Shown here one piece after another: positions 29,157 to 39,500 of a stretch of 42,088 nt of DNA (the first letter of the stretch is position 1; each line of letters begins with the position of its first letter). The notes beneath the pieces are model-generated. The model saw only the letters and a program-made list of their open reading frames with translations, did not search any database and had not been told where the DNA came from. Origin of the DNA: an uncultured Antarcticibacterium sp. (lineage in GTDB: Bacteria; Bacteroidota; Bacteroidia; Flavobacteriales; Flavobacteriaceae); NCBI GenBank assembly GCA_963973375.1, contig CAXAZV010000001.1, positions 1 to 42,088 on the forward strand. The letters are read 5' to 3'. The position numbers and the translations under genes were made by a program.

Positions 29157-30038
29157 TCAGGACTTTCGCACATCTTTTTTAAATGGAATTAACATCTGGT
29201 TCCCAAAATCTTTTGGAAAATCTTCATCTCCTTCGAAGCCCAATTCAATGTCCTTACCATTTTTAGGCACATAGGCGGTACCAAAAAGATAATCCCAGAC
29301 GCTAAGGGTTAAGCCAAAATTCATTCCGGTAGGATGTTGGGGTGGCAGCGCTTTTGAATGATGCCATATATGCATCTTGGGATTGTTGAAAATATAGCCG
29401 AAAATCCCGTAATTCCAGCCAATATTAGCGTGGTTAAGATGACCTACAAACACAGCAAACATATGCACCAGAAAGAATTCCTGGATCCCGAAACCTATCA
29501 TTGCCAAAGGAATATATTGCACGGTTTTATAAATAATGGTTTCCATAAAATGAAACCTGAACTGTGCCGCAAATCCCATTTCCTTCACACTGTGATGTAC
29601 CTTATGAAATTCCCATAACCAGGCGCGGCTATGAAGTTGCCGGTGGATATTCCACTGAATGAAATCGGCAATTACAAGCATTATTAAAAGTTGTACCCAT
29701 ACCGGGAAATTTTGCACTTCCAGCGCTACAAGGTTTGTGATGCCGAATAATCCCAGGAAATCATTGAAAAGCTCTACTCCTACATTGGACAGAGCATTGA
29801 AACCTATGAGAGAAAAAATGAAAAAATTGAATAGAATATAAAAGGAATCCAGCCAGAAATCCCTGCGAAAGACCTTTTGATCCTTTCGCCAGGGAATAAT
29901 TATTTCAATTAACCACACCAGCAGAGAAAGGCCAATAAGCCAATAAAAATAATTTGTCCAGGAAGGATTGGTTATTTCCTGAACCAGATAATTAAAGTAT
30001 CCTGAAAAGGAATCTTCTATGATCTTGATATATTTCAA
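29157..30038 (-). CDS. Sterol desaturase / fatty acid hydroxylase family membrane protein
   Basis: His boxes HRQLH, HKVHH, HLNH and HIWHH; WDYLFGT; TTG start. Confidence 0.88.
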   Translation of the reverse strand: MKYIKIIEDSFSGYFNYLVQEITNPSWTNYFYWLIGLSLLVWLIEIIIPWRKDQKVFRRDFWLDSFYILFNFFIFSLIGFNALSNVGVELFNDFLGLFGITNLVALEVQNFPVWVQLLIMLVIADFIQWNIHRQLHSRAWLWEFHKVHHSVKEMGFAAQFRFHFMETIIYKTVQYIPLAMIGFGIQEFFLVHMFAVFVGHLNHANIGWNYGIFGYIFNNPKMHIWHHSKALPPQHPTGMNFGLTLSVWDYLFGTAYVPKNGKDIELGFEGDEDFPKDFGNQMLIPFKKDVRKS

Positions 30039-30058
30039 TCCTGTGGAATTTTGAATTG

Positions 30059-30105
30059 CAAAAATACATTAAAAAAAAGGTTGCAATTGTAACACCGGTT
30101 ACAAT
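30059..30105 (-). promoter_or_regulatory. Promoter with CRP/FNR-like operator
   Basis: Perfect ATTGTAAC-ACCG-GTTACAAT (30086-30105), i.e. TGTAA-N6-TTACA; -7 box TATTTTTG at 30059-30066 on the minus strand. Confidence 0.65.
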
Positions 30106-30153
30106 GCCGGCATTTCTTGGGAAGGTTGAAAACAAATCTTTCCAGGGATTTTT

Positions 30154-30771
30154 TTATTCTATTTTCTGAAACCGGCAAAAAGTAAAATTTTGAACTGCGC
30201 CTGAAGGGGTGATATGATCAATATTTTCACAGATTATCCTCTTAAAACGCGTGGTTAATAAATTCTCCATATCCTCCACAGCATATTGCCTTATAGGAAG
30301 CCCGCTGCATTTATCGGGACCCTTTTTGGAAAAAGTTCCCAGGATCACAGTGCCTTTTAAAGCAACACAATTTTCAAGGGTGTACAGGTAATTTTTTATT
30401 TGGTCCTCCCCGGTTAAAAAATGGTAAGCCGCCCGGTCATGCCAAAGGTCGAATGTATGGGTTAAACTGAAAGTAGAAACATCTGCTGCTATCCAGGTAA
30501 CTTTTTTAGCCTGATCTCCCAGCCGTTCCCTGGCGCGTTCCAGGCTTTTTTCAGAAATGTCAAGGACCGTAATATTTGTATAGCCTTCAGCCAGCAGAAA
30601 ATCAACGAGAAAACTATCTCCCCCACCCACATCAATGATCCTGGCATTTTTATTCAGGTTCAATTCGGCTATATAATCCAGAGACACCTCGGGCTTAGGT
30701 TGGTACCAGCTCACTTCGGTTAATTTCCTGGTTTGGTAAATATTTTCCCAATGTGACTTTTTTTCCTCCAT
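30154..30771 (-). CDS. Class I SAM-dependent methyltransferase (TPMT/TehB-like)
   Basis: HWENIY..VSWYQ, IIDVGGG, LDIS, WHDRAAYHFL, GPDKCSGL. Confidence 0.88.
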   Translation of the reverse strand: MEEKKSHWENIYQTRKLTEVSWYQPKPEVSLDYIAELNLNKNARIIDVGGGDSFLVDFLLAEGYTNITVLDISEKSLERARERLGDQAKKVTWIAADVSTFSLTHTFDLWHDRAAYHFLTGEDQIKNYLYTLENCVALKGTVILGTFSKKGPDKCSGLPIRQYAVEDMENLLTTRFKRIICENIDHITPSGAVQNFTFCRFQKIE

Positions 30772-30780
30772 TTTAAAATT

Positions 30781-31812
30781 TTAAATATTCCACCATTGTT
30801 CCTGTTCATAAGCTTTGCCCAGGTACCAGGCTTCTCCAATTTTAGGGATTATATATTTCTGATCTCTTTTCTCAGCTTCTTCCGTAACTCTTATTGCCGA
30901 TTGATTCCATGGATGGGTAGATAACACAAATTTTCCCCAATGCACGGGAAAAAGAATCTCTGCTTTAAGATCGCGGGCGGCTTGTACAGTTTCCTCAGGA
31001 AACATATGTATTTGAGGCCAATAGGAATTATATTGCCCGCACTCAAGAAATGCAAGATCAAATTTTCCAAATTCTTTCCCTATCCTCGCAAATTCTTTGC
31101 TATAACCAGAGTCGCTACCTATGTATATCTTATATGTTCCCCATTGAAGGGCAAAGGATGCCCATAAGGTATTGAATCTTGAAAAGGAGCGACCGGAAAA
31201 ATGCCGGGCCGGAAGGGCGGTTATATCCAGATCATTATTTACAGGCATTTTTTCTCCCCAGGCGATCTCGTGGATGATATTTTCATTAATACCCCAGAGC
31301 TCGAGATGGGAGCCTACTCCCAGTGCGGTTACTACCTTTTTAACCTTACCTGCTATTTGTTTTATGAAAGGATAATCCAGGTGATCATAATGATCATGAG
31401 TTATTATAAGTAGATCTATTTCAGGAAAATCGGCCGCAGTAAAGATATCGGTCCCTGTAAATGAACTTCCGAAGAATTTAAAAGGAGAAGCATTTCCACT
31501 GAAAACAGGATCCACCAGAATAGTAAACCCAAGATATTTTAGAAAATAGGAGGAATGTCCAAACCATACTACCACGGGCACGTCACTTTTCAGCTTATGC
31601 AGGTTTGTTTTAATTACGGGTAATTGAACAGGTGGCACCACCGAAGCCGGTTTATTTATAACAGCCTTTAAAATTTTAAATATGGAAACATTGTTTGGGT
31701 TTACCGCCGTAGGTTCAACATTATGGAATTTGCCGTTCCTATAATTCACAGCACCTTGCATTATTTCTTTCCTGTTTTTCCCCGGCCCTTTCCCTAATCT
31801 TTTTAAAAACAT
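30781..31812 (-). CDS. MBL-fold metallo-hydrolase (NAPE-PLD/RomA-like)
   Basis: WFGHSS, DPVFS, THDHYDHLD, PARHFSGR, DSGY, PVHWGKF. Confidence 0.88.
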   Translation of the reverse strand: MFLKRLGKGPGKNRKEIMQGAVNYRNGKFHNVEPTAVNPNNVSIFKILKAVINKPASVVPPVQLPVIKTNLHKLKSDVPVVVWFGHSSYFLKYLGFTILVDPVFSGNASPFKFFGSSFTGTDIFTAADFPEIDLLIITHDHYDHLDYPFIKQIAGKVKKVVTALGVGSHLELWGINENIIHEIAWGEKMPVNNDLDITALPARHFSGRSFSRFNTLWASFALQWGTYKIYIGSDSGYSKEFARIGKEFGKFDLAFLECGQYNSYWPQIHMFPEETVQAARDLKAEILFPVHWGKFVLSTHPWNQSAIRVTEEAEKRDQKYIIPKIGEAWYLGKAYEQEQWWNI

Positions 31813-31827
31813 CTTCTCTATTTAAAT

Positions 31828-32280
31828 TTAAAACTTAGGAAAAAACCTTCCCGTACTCGCCCTGTAACTTTCATACTTTGGGAATTTCTTTAACAAAGCC
31901 CTTTCTTCATATTGAGTCTTAAAATAAAACAGAATGGCCAGAAGTACAAAGATTATAAGCCTGTAACCAGATTGAGAATAGAGGGCGAAAAAAAAAGTGG
32001 CGATTAATATTCCGGAATAAATGGGATGCCTCATATAACTGAACAATCCTGATGTGACCAATTCTCCTTCCTTTTTGGGGGTAGGGAAAATTGTAAGATT
32101 TTTGTTAAGCTGTAATAGGGAAATAACTATGATCATTACACCGACAAAGGCAAGAATGAGATTTACAATCTTGACAGCTTCAACCATAGAAAGCTCAAAC
32201 AACGAAAAATTGGGGATATACGCTCCAAACAATAAAATTTGTAAGCCTACAAACACAAAATCTGCAGCTGAATTTTTCAT
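31828..32280 (-). CDS. Isoprenylcysteine carboxyl methyltransferase / PEMT family membrane methyltransferase
   Basis: LVTSGLFSYMRHPIYSG, EERAL, YESYRASTGRFFP; alternative TTG start at 32289. Confidence 0.85.
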   Translation of the reverse strand: MKNSAADFVFVGLQILLFGAYIPNFSLFELSMVEAVKIVNLILAFVGVMIIVISLLQLNKNLTIFPTPKKEGELVTSGLFSYMRHPIYSGILIATFFFALYSQSGYRLIIFVLLAILFYFKTQYEERALLKKFPKYESYRASTGRFFPKF

Positions 32281-32295
32281 AGGTTCCAATTTAAG

Positions 32296-33096
32296 CTAAG
32301 ATTTCAATTCCATCCACACTATGTAAATACCCATGGCCAGGACAAACCAGCCAAAGGCTTTTTTGAGTTTTTTTCCAGGAATAAATCGGTTCAAATAAAT
32401 TCCCAGAAAAATACCGGCCACAGAGATTCCTGTAAAAATAAGCAGAAAGCCCCATTCTATTTCCAGGTTTTCAATGTCTCCAATAAAGCCTATTAAGGAT
32501 TTTACTGCTATTATGAGCAAGGAGGTTGCCACTGCCTTTTTCATGGGGAGTTTGGCAAGAAGAACCAGTGCCGGAATGATCAAAAAACCACCTCCGGCGC
32601 CCACGAGCCCCGTAAGCACACCTACCACGGCACCTTCTATAACAATAAGGGGATAATTATATTTAACGATGGTTTCAGCTACAATCTTTTCCTTTTTTTC
32701 AATGATCATTGAGATGGAAGCCAGGATCATGATCACAGCAAAAAACAACATGATCCCAATATCCCGGGTAATTTCAAGATTCCCCACATTAAATAAATGT
32801 TTCGGAAGAGCAGGTACAATAAACTTTCGGGTAATATATACAGCAATGAATGCAGGGATGGAAAAGACAACCGCAGTACGAATATCAACAAGCTTTTTCC
32901 TGATATTTTTGATGGCCCCAACCAAAGAAGTGGTACCTACAGCGAATAAGGAATAGGCAGTTGCCGTAATGGGATTAATGGCAAATAAATATACCAGGAT
33001 TGGAACCGTTAAAATTGACCCCCCGCTACCTATAAGCCCAAGCACTACACCCATAAGTAAAGCACCAAAATAACCCGCGATCTCTGCTATTTCCAT
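32296..33096 (-). CDS. Sulfite exporter TauE/SafE family
   Basis: GLIGSGGSILTVP, GLVGAGGGFLIIPAL, AVATSL. Confidence 0.9.
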   Translation of the reverse strand: MEIAEIAGYFGALLMGVVLGLIGSGGSILTVPILVYLFAINPITATAYSLFAVGTTSLVGAIKNIRKKLVDIRTAVVFSIPAFIAVYITRKFIVPALPKHLFNVGNLEITRDIGIMLFFAVIMILASISMIIEKKEKIVAETIVKYNYPLIVIEGAVVGVLTGLVGAGGGFLIIPALVLLAKLPMKKAVATSLLIIAVKSLIGFIGDIENLEIEWGFLLIFTGISVAGIFLGIYLNRFIPGKKLKKAFGWFVLAMGIYIVWMELKS

Positions 33097-33129
33097 ACTT
33101 TCTATCCGGGTTTAGGTTACCGGGAATTT

Positions 33130-33771
33130 TTAAAGATCATTTACCTTTATGTTATTGCGCCGCAGTTCTATACTACCATCCAACTCGAGTTTTTTCAACA
33201 GCCTTGAAATCACTACCCTGGAAGTGTGAAGGTCATATGCAATTTCCTGGTGGGTAACCTGTACTTCCTCGTTTTGATTGATCTTTGCCTTATCCCTCAA
33301 ATACCGCATAAGGCGTTGGTCCATATTTAAAAAGGCGATGGTATCTATGGTATCCAGCATTTCTGTAAGGCGGGTGTGGTAACTCTCAAAAACAAAATTG
33401 CGCCAGGATTTATATTTGGATGTCCACTCTTCCATTTTATTAATAGGAACCATTATAAGGGTAGTATCTGTTTCAGCTACAGCTCTTATCTCACTTTTGG
33501 TTTGCCCAAGACAACAGGAAAGGGTCATGGCGCAGGTATCCCCGCTCTCAAGAAAATATAACAATAATTCATCTCCTTCCTTGTCTTCCCTCAGGATCTT
33601 AATAGCCCCGTTTAGAAGCAATGGCATGGCCGTTACATAATCACCTATTTCAATGATCTTCTCCCCTTCTTTAAAGGTTTTTAATTTTCCTGCCTCTGCA
33701 ATTTCTTTTAGGAGTTCCTTTTCAAATGTAAGATGATAAGCTTCTTCCAGGTCTTTTACCATTATTGTCAT
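33130..33771 (-). CDS. Crp/Fnr family transcriptional regulator
   Basis: cNMP-binding-type domain with GDTCAMTLSCC; HTH THQEIAYDLHTSRVVISRLLK. Confidence 0.92.
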   Translation of the reverse strand: MTIMVKDLEEAYHLTFEKELLKEIAEAGKLKTFKEGEKIIEIGDYVTAMPLLLNGAIKILREDKEGDELLLYFLESGDTCAMTLSCCLGQTKSEIRAVAETDTTLIMVPINKMEEWTSKYKSWRNFVFESYHTRLTEMLDTIDTIAFLNMDQRLMRYLRDKAKINQNEEVQVTHQEIAYDLHTSRVVISRLLKKLELDGSIELRRNNIKVNDL

Positions 33772-33817
33772 ATTAGTACGGGTAAAATTAGCATTTTAAA
33801 TTTATAATGAGAAGGGT

Positions 33818-34477
33818 TCATAATTTGCCCGGGAGCACATAATAATAGATGGAAATAAAATGGGAAAAGCTACCTAATAAAACAAAGAGATGAAAGATAG
33901 CGTGGTTATATTTTATTTTGTCAAAGATGAAAAATACAGCTCCCAGGGTATAGGAAATACCGCCAATAAACAGCCAGGTTAGTCCCAAAGGATCCAGATT
34001 GTCATAAAGAGGTTTAATAGCAAATACAATGATCCAACCCATGAGAACATACATAGCTGTAGAAAACAATTGGTAACGGCCTGTGTAAAATAATTTTAGG
34101 GTCACACCTATCACAGCAAGGGTCCACACCACTCCAAATATACTCCAACCTACCACCCCGTTTAAAGTAACAAGGGCATAAGGTGTATAAGTACCGGCGA
34201 TAAGAACATAAATGGAGGCATGATCCAGAATGTTCAAGCGGTACCTTAGTCTTGGAGATTTTGCACTGTGATAAAAAGTTGAAGCCGCGTACAGCAGAAT
34301 AAGGCTGGCCCCAAAAATACTGAAACTAACCAGGTGTCTTATTTCGCCGTATTCGTTCGCTCTAAAAACGAGCAATAATAATCCCAGGATACTTAATGCA
34401 AAACCAAAACCGTGAGAAATCACATTCAATTTCTCCTCCAGGGGCGGGTAAAATCCGGCGCGAGATTCAATATTCAT
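33818..34477 (-). CDS. Hemolysin III / PAQR family membrane protein
   Basis: EEKLNVISH, STFYH, LDHASIYVLIAGTYTP, HAIFHLFVL. Confidence 0.92.
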   Translation of the reverse strand: MNIESRAGFYPPLEEKLNVISHGFGFALSILGLLLLVFRANEYGEIRHLVSFSIFGASLILLYAASTFYHSAKSPRLRYRLNILDHASIYVLIAGTYTPYALVTLNGVVGWSIFGVVWTLAVIGVTLKLFYTGRYQLFSTAMYVLMGWIIVFAIKPLYDNLDPLGLTWLFIGGISYTLGAVFFIFDKIKYNHAIFHLFVLLGSFSHFISIYYYVLPGKL

Positions 34478-34675
34478 TATAAAAGTTTATTAATTGAGGA
34501 ATGTAATTTGTTCTAAAATCCACCCCTACAAGTTACTACATTTTAAAAAGTTTTCGAAATTTGATTATTGAAAGTTTCATGAAATAATACAGCATTCTTC
34601 AGCTTAAATTGACCTACCAGATTTGCCGGGTGAATATTAAATTTTACCTTGTAGGTTCTATCTAAAAACAAAAAA

Positions 34676-35164
34676 ATGGCCGAACCCGTAATATTCAAAT
34701 CCAGTTATTTTTTAAGGACTCTAAACAAAGATCTTAATCCATTCACACCAAATGTGCTGGTGATTGATGAGGAACATATTGAATTCAAAAGGAGAAACTG
34801 GCACCTAATCTCAGAAGATACAGAAACCCTGCATTTTAAAAATATTACCGGCGTAACAGTAGACAGTCACATGTTTGGCACAACCATTACTATTAAAAGT
34901 ACAGGCACAGATCCAATATTAGTACGTGGTTTCTGGAAAAAAGAAGCTAAAGAAATAAAAGAACTTTGCGCTAAATACATTGCCCTTCAAAATCAAAAGA
35001 ACAGCGGTGAAGCTATGGCAAATTCTTTGGCCAATGCAATGCGTGGGAACAACAAAAATATAAGCGTGGCCGATGAGTTATCTAAACTCAGTACCCTTAT
35101 GGAACAGGGAGTGCTTACGCGGGAAGAATTTGAGGAGCAAAAAAGAAGGTTGCTGCGAGATTAA
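34676..35164 (+). CDS. Bacterial PH-like domain + SHOCT domain protein
   Basis: C-terminal ADELSKLSTLMEQGVLTREEFEEQKRRLL (SHOCT); beta-rich N-terminus. Confidence 0.75.
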   Translation: MAEPVIFKSSYFLRTLNKDLNPFTPNVLVIDEEHIEFKRRNWHLISEDTETLHFKNITGVTVDSHMFGTTITIKSTGTDPILVRGFWKKEAKEIKELCAKYIALQNQKNSGEAMANSLANAMRGNNKNISVADELSKLSTLMEQGVLTREEFEEQKRRLLRD

Positions 35165-35275
35165 AGTGCCCTGTTTATCCTAAAGAAATTTTTAAAATTT
35201 TCATTTCTTAAAACGACAGGCTTTGTCTTCTCAGGAATTTATTTTTGTTGCAACTTTTAAATATCACAATTTTAA

Positions 35276-36502
35276 ATGAAGATCCTTCATACTGCCGACT
35301 GGCACATAGGTAAAAAATTGCATAAACATGATCTTTCCCCGGATTTTGATTTGTTTATAAACTGGCTTTGTACCACAATTGAAGAGCACGGTGTGGAGGT
35401 TCTTTTGGTCTCCGGAGATATCTTTGATCTCGCCAATCCTTCTTCAGATGCGCGAAAGCAATACTACCGTGCTTTAATGCAGCTTAAAAAACTCAATTGT
35501 AAACTTATTCTCACCGGGGGTAATCATGATTCTCCGGCAATGCTGGATGCCCCAAAAGAAATATTAAGGGAACTCGAAATGCACGTAATTGGTGGTTTGC
35601 CACCAGACCTGGAAGAAGTGATAATACCTTTAAAAGGAAAAAACGGGAACGTTGAAATAGTAATTGCAGCCTTGCCCTTCCTCCGGGATGCAGACCTAAG
35701 AACAGCAGGTGATGCAATTACTTATGAGGACCGGCTGGAGGCGATAAGGAAGGGAATTCAAAATATCTTTGCCAATTCGGCGCTCTTGTGCAAAGAAAAA
35801 TTTCCGGAAATTCCGGCAATTGCCATGGGACATCTTTTTGCCGCCGGAGCTGAAACTTCGGAGAGCGAACGTGATATTCAAATTGGAAATCAGGCGGCTT
35901 TTAATGCACTCCAATTTGGAGATTATTTTAATTATATAGCCCTGGGGCATATCCATAAACCACAACGCGTGAATGCTGCCGTACCTGCATTTTACAGTGG
36001 ATCTCCCATCCCCTTATCCTTTAGTGAAAGAAAGGATGAAAAACGGGTTTTATTAATAAATTCTGAAGCAGGATTTATACCTGAAAGTATTCCAATTCCC
36101 TCTTCCCGCCGGTTATTAAAACTTTCGGGCAACCTTGAGGAACTTCAGCTAAAATTAAGTGGACTTGAGAACCACGGGGAACTGGATTCCCTGCTGGAGG
36201 TAATTTTGGAAGAGGATACGTATGATGCAGATAAGATCTTTAGATTTGATGAACTGGTCTCTGCTTTCAATACGCCGGGATTTGAAATTGTAAAACACCG
36301 CACCAATTTTGTTCAAAAGCTGCAGGGAGCTTCAGAGCTTTACCAGCATACTGTTAAGCTGGAAGATCTTTCCCCTGCCGAGGTTTTTTTGGAATTGATC
36401 AAAAAACAGGACTATGATAAGGACACGCATACAGAACTTATTGGCGCTTTTAATGAACTTCTGGAACAGGTGCAGTACAATGATAATGAGGAAAGCTTAT
36501 GA
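35276..36502 (+). CDS. sbcD: Exonuclease SbcCD subunit D (Mre11-like)
   Basis: HTADWHIG, GDIFD, GNHDS, MGHL, ALGHIH, YSGSP. Confidence 0.95.
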   Translation: MKILHTADWHIGKKLHKHDLSPDFDLFINWLCTTIEEHGVEVLLVSGDIFDLANPSSDARKQYYRALMQLKKLNCKLILTGGNHDSPAMLDAPKEILRELEMHVIGGLPPDLEEVIIPLKGKNGNVEIVIAALPFLRDADLRTAGDAITYEDRLEAIRKGIQNIFANSALLCKEKFPEIPAIAMGHLFAAGAETSESERDIQIGNQAAFNALQFGDYFNYIALGHIHKPQRVNAAVPAFYSGSPIPLSFSERKDEKRVLLINSEAGFIPESIPIPSSRRLLKLSGNLEELQLKLSGLENHGELDSLLEVILEEDTYDADKIFRFDELVSAFNTPGFEIVKHRTNFVQKLQGASELYQHTVKLEDLSPAEVFLELIKKQDYDKDTHTELIGAFNELLEQVQYNDNEESL

Positions 36503-39500
36503 AGATCTTAAAAATTGAGTTCAGGAATATAAATTCCCTGAAGGATACCCATTCAATCGATTTTACCATTGCACCTTTTAACACGAGCTCCCTTTTTGCC
36601 ATCACCGGTCCAACGGGCAGTGGTAAAAGCACGATCCTGGATGTGATCTCGCTTGCACTTTTTAACCATGTGCCCCGTTTAGGGAAGATCAGTAAAAAAG
36701 ATATTCTGGAAAAAGGAGCCATCCTCACCAGGAACCAGCAGGAAGCCTTTGCTAGGGTAACCTACGAGTGCAAAAGCGGAATTTATACTTCAGAATGGAA
36801 CATTTCTACCGCGAGAACGGGAAGCCTGAGGGATTATGAAATGCAAATCTCGAGACAACCTACGGGAGAATTATTACCCCTTAAAAAATCTGATGTTCCC
36901 GGGAAGAATGAGCAGTTAATTGGCCTTAATTACAACCAATTCATAAAATCTGTGCTTTTGGCGCAAGGGGAATTCTCACAGTTTCTCAAGGCAAAAAAAG
37001 ATGAACGCGGTGAATTGTTGGAGAAGATCACCGGTACAGGGATCTATAGACAATTGGGGAAGCTGGCCAGGGAAAAATTCCAGGACGTAAACCTGGTAAT
37101 ACAAAAACAGCAGGATGCTATTGCTTTGATAAAGCAAGGACTATTGGAAGAAACCCAACTTTTGGATATCACCACCAAACTTTCAGAAAAAGAAAAAACC
37201 TGCGAACCTCTGGAAAAGGAGATTCAATCTTTAAATAAAAATCTTGAACTTAAAAAAACCCTGGAGCAGCAATTAAAAGAAATTGACAGGATCGCTGCCG
37301 AAAAGGAATCAGCAGAGGTGGACCTAAAGGATTTTATGGCAGGGTATGGCCCCGTGCTGGAACAACATGAAAAAGTGCGGGACGTGGCAGAAGATCTTAG
37401 AGATTGGAAACGACTTAGCCTTTCCTGTGCAGATCTGGATAAGGACATTGATGTAAAAAACAAGCAGATAAGGGAAAATGCGGAAAGAATACAGGAATGC
37501 CTTAGTGAAGTAAGTGGCTTTACCAGAATGCAGGTGGCACAGGAAACCATAGAAACCGAACTGGAAATTTTTTCGGCTAAAGTGCATGGCCTGCAGAAAA
37601 AAGTAGACGACAAGCTTGTTGAATATGAATCTTTAAAAAACACATTTAGATTAGAAACGCGGGATTTAAACTGCCCTTTAAATGAAAAGGACCCCCTGGC
37701 TACCGCACAGCAGCTGGAAGATTTAAAAACCACGGCATCTAAGAAGTTAAAGACTTTAAAGGCCAACCTTACCGGCGTGGATCTAGAAAGTATTGAAGGT
37801 GAAAAATTCCGTTTAAAAAGATATCTGGTTGAAGCCCGGGATGCCTGGAAACTTTCAGATAATATGGAGCGTTTAAATAATGACCTGAATAAATTAAAAA
37901 AGGATGAAGCCTCATTGCAAACCGCAATGAAGGAGCTTCCTGGAGAAATAAGGCATTATGAGGATAACGTCAAGATCTACGAGGAAAAACTGAAAAATAT
38001 AAGGCTGGAACAAAGAAACAGGGAATTACAGGCGAGCCTGGAAGAACACCGCACCCAACTTGAAGATGGGAAGCCTTGTCCCCTTTGCGGTGCGCTGCAC
38101 CACCCTTACGCTGAAGATTTTCCCGCCAAGGATGATGACCTTTCAAGGAAACTACAGTTAACAGAAAAAGAACTTTCCATCTGGTTGCAAAAGCTTAACA
38201 GCAATACCACCACATTAAAACACCATCAAAATAACCTGAAGCAAATTATTGCTCAAAAGGAAAAGCTGGAAAATGAAATTCAAAATAATTCTGCCGAATT
38301 CCGGGAGAAGTACCATGCCCTGGGATTTGAAGAACGGACGAATTGGAAAGACCATTGCAATCAATCCCAAAATCAAATAGACCAGCTTGAGGAATATGAA
38401 AAGGTTGAAAAAAGGATGGAATGTGTGGAAACAGCACTCCCTATACTTCATGAGCTCTTAAAGATAAGTGCTCAGGGCCGGGAATTAAGGGCCAATCTCG
38501 AAGAAGTCTATAAGGGGAAGGACATTCACGGCGAAACCAGGGAGTTTCACAGGAAATGGACCTCTTTAAGAGAGGCAGACAAAGCAATTGCCGGGCAATT
38601 AAAGGAGCTTTCAAGTAAAGTTGTTCAAAGCCGGGAGAAACTCGATCTCCAGGAAACAAATCTTAAAACCCTGATCATAGAAAAGGGTTTCAGCAGCATT
38701 CCGGAGGCAGGTGAAGCGCTTCTCCCGGATAATGAATATTACAAGCTGCACGCTTCCCGCGCTAAACTGGAAAAAGAGATCGAGAAGAACCGTAATACCT
38801 TAAGCCTTCTTAACTCACAGGTGGAAAAATATAAGAAGGATGATGTGGTACATTCGGCAGAGGTGCTTTCAAACCTGCATTTTGAAAAGAAACAGCATTT
38901 AAAATTGGTTCAGGACGAATGCGAAGAATTGCGAAGGACTATAAAGAATTATAAAGAAGACCTGAAAAGATTGCAGCAAATCCAGGAGGAGATAAAAGAT
39001 AAGGAAAAGGAAAACAAGCGGTGGAAGATGCTTAACGAACTAATAGGAGATGCCACAGGAAAAAAATTCAACGACTTTGCCCAGGACCTTACTTTAAGTC
39101 AGTTGTTGGTTCTGGCCAATTCACGGCTCAATGACTTAAGTGACCGCTATACTATAGACAAGTCCGCCACCGGTGAAGATGACGGACTAGTAGCAATTGA
39201 TGAGCATATGGGCGGCCAGCGAAGATCTGTAAAAACCCTTTCGGGAGGAGAGACATTTATACTTAGCCTTTCCATGGCCCTCGCCCTGTCTGATCTCGCA
39301 TCGCGCAATGTAGAAATTAACAGCCTGTTTATAGATGAAGGATTTGGAACCCTGGATCCTGAAACCTTGGATCAAACCCTGGATACCCTTGAAAAGTTGC
39401 AGGCAGAATCCTCCAAGACCATTGGAATTATAAGCCACGTAGATTCTTTAAAAGAAAGGATTGCCACTCAAATACAGCTAAAGCGCCACGGGCAGGGCTA

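Noticed and set aside
30113-30150. Imperfect hairpin sharing AAAGATTTGTT (minus strand) with the 4706-4737 hairpin as a dispersed repeat family
   Set aside because: Only about 11 bp shared in AT-rich DNA; insufficient without a genome-wide search
27790-31812. MBL-fold genes as beta-lactamases
   Set aside because: Motifs match the PDO-rhodanese and NAPE-PLD/RomA subfamilies; neither has a signal peptide typical of class B beta-lactamases
33818-34477. Hemolysin III as a toxin or virulence gene
   Set aside because: PAQR/TrhA-type proteins are widespread membrane homeostasis proteins
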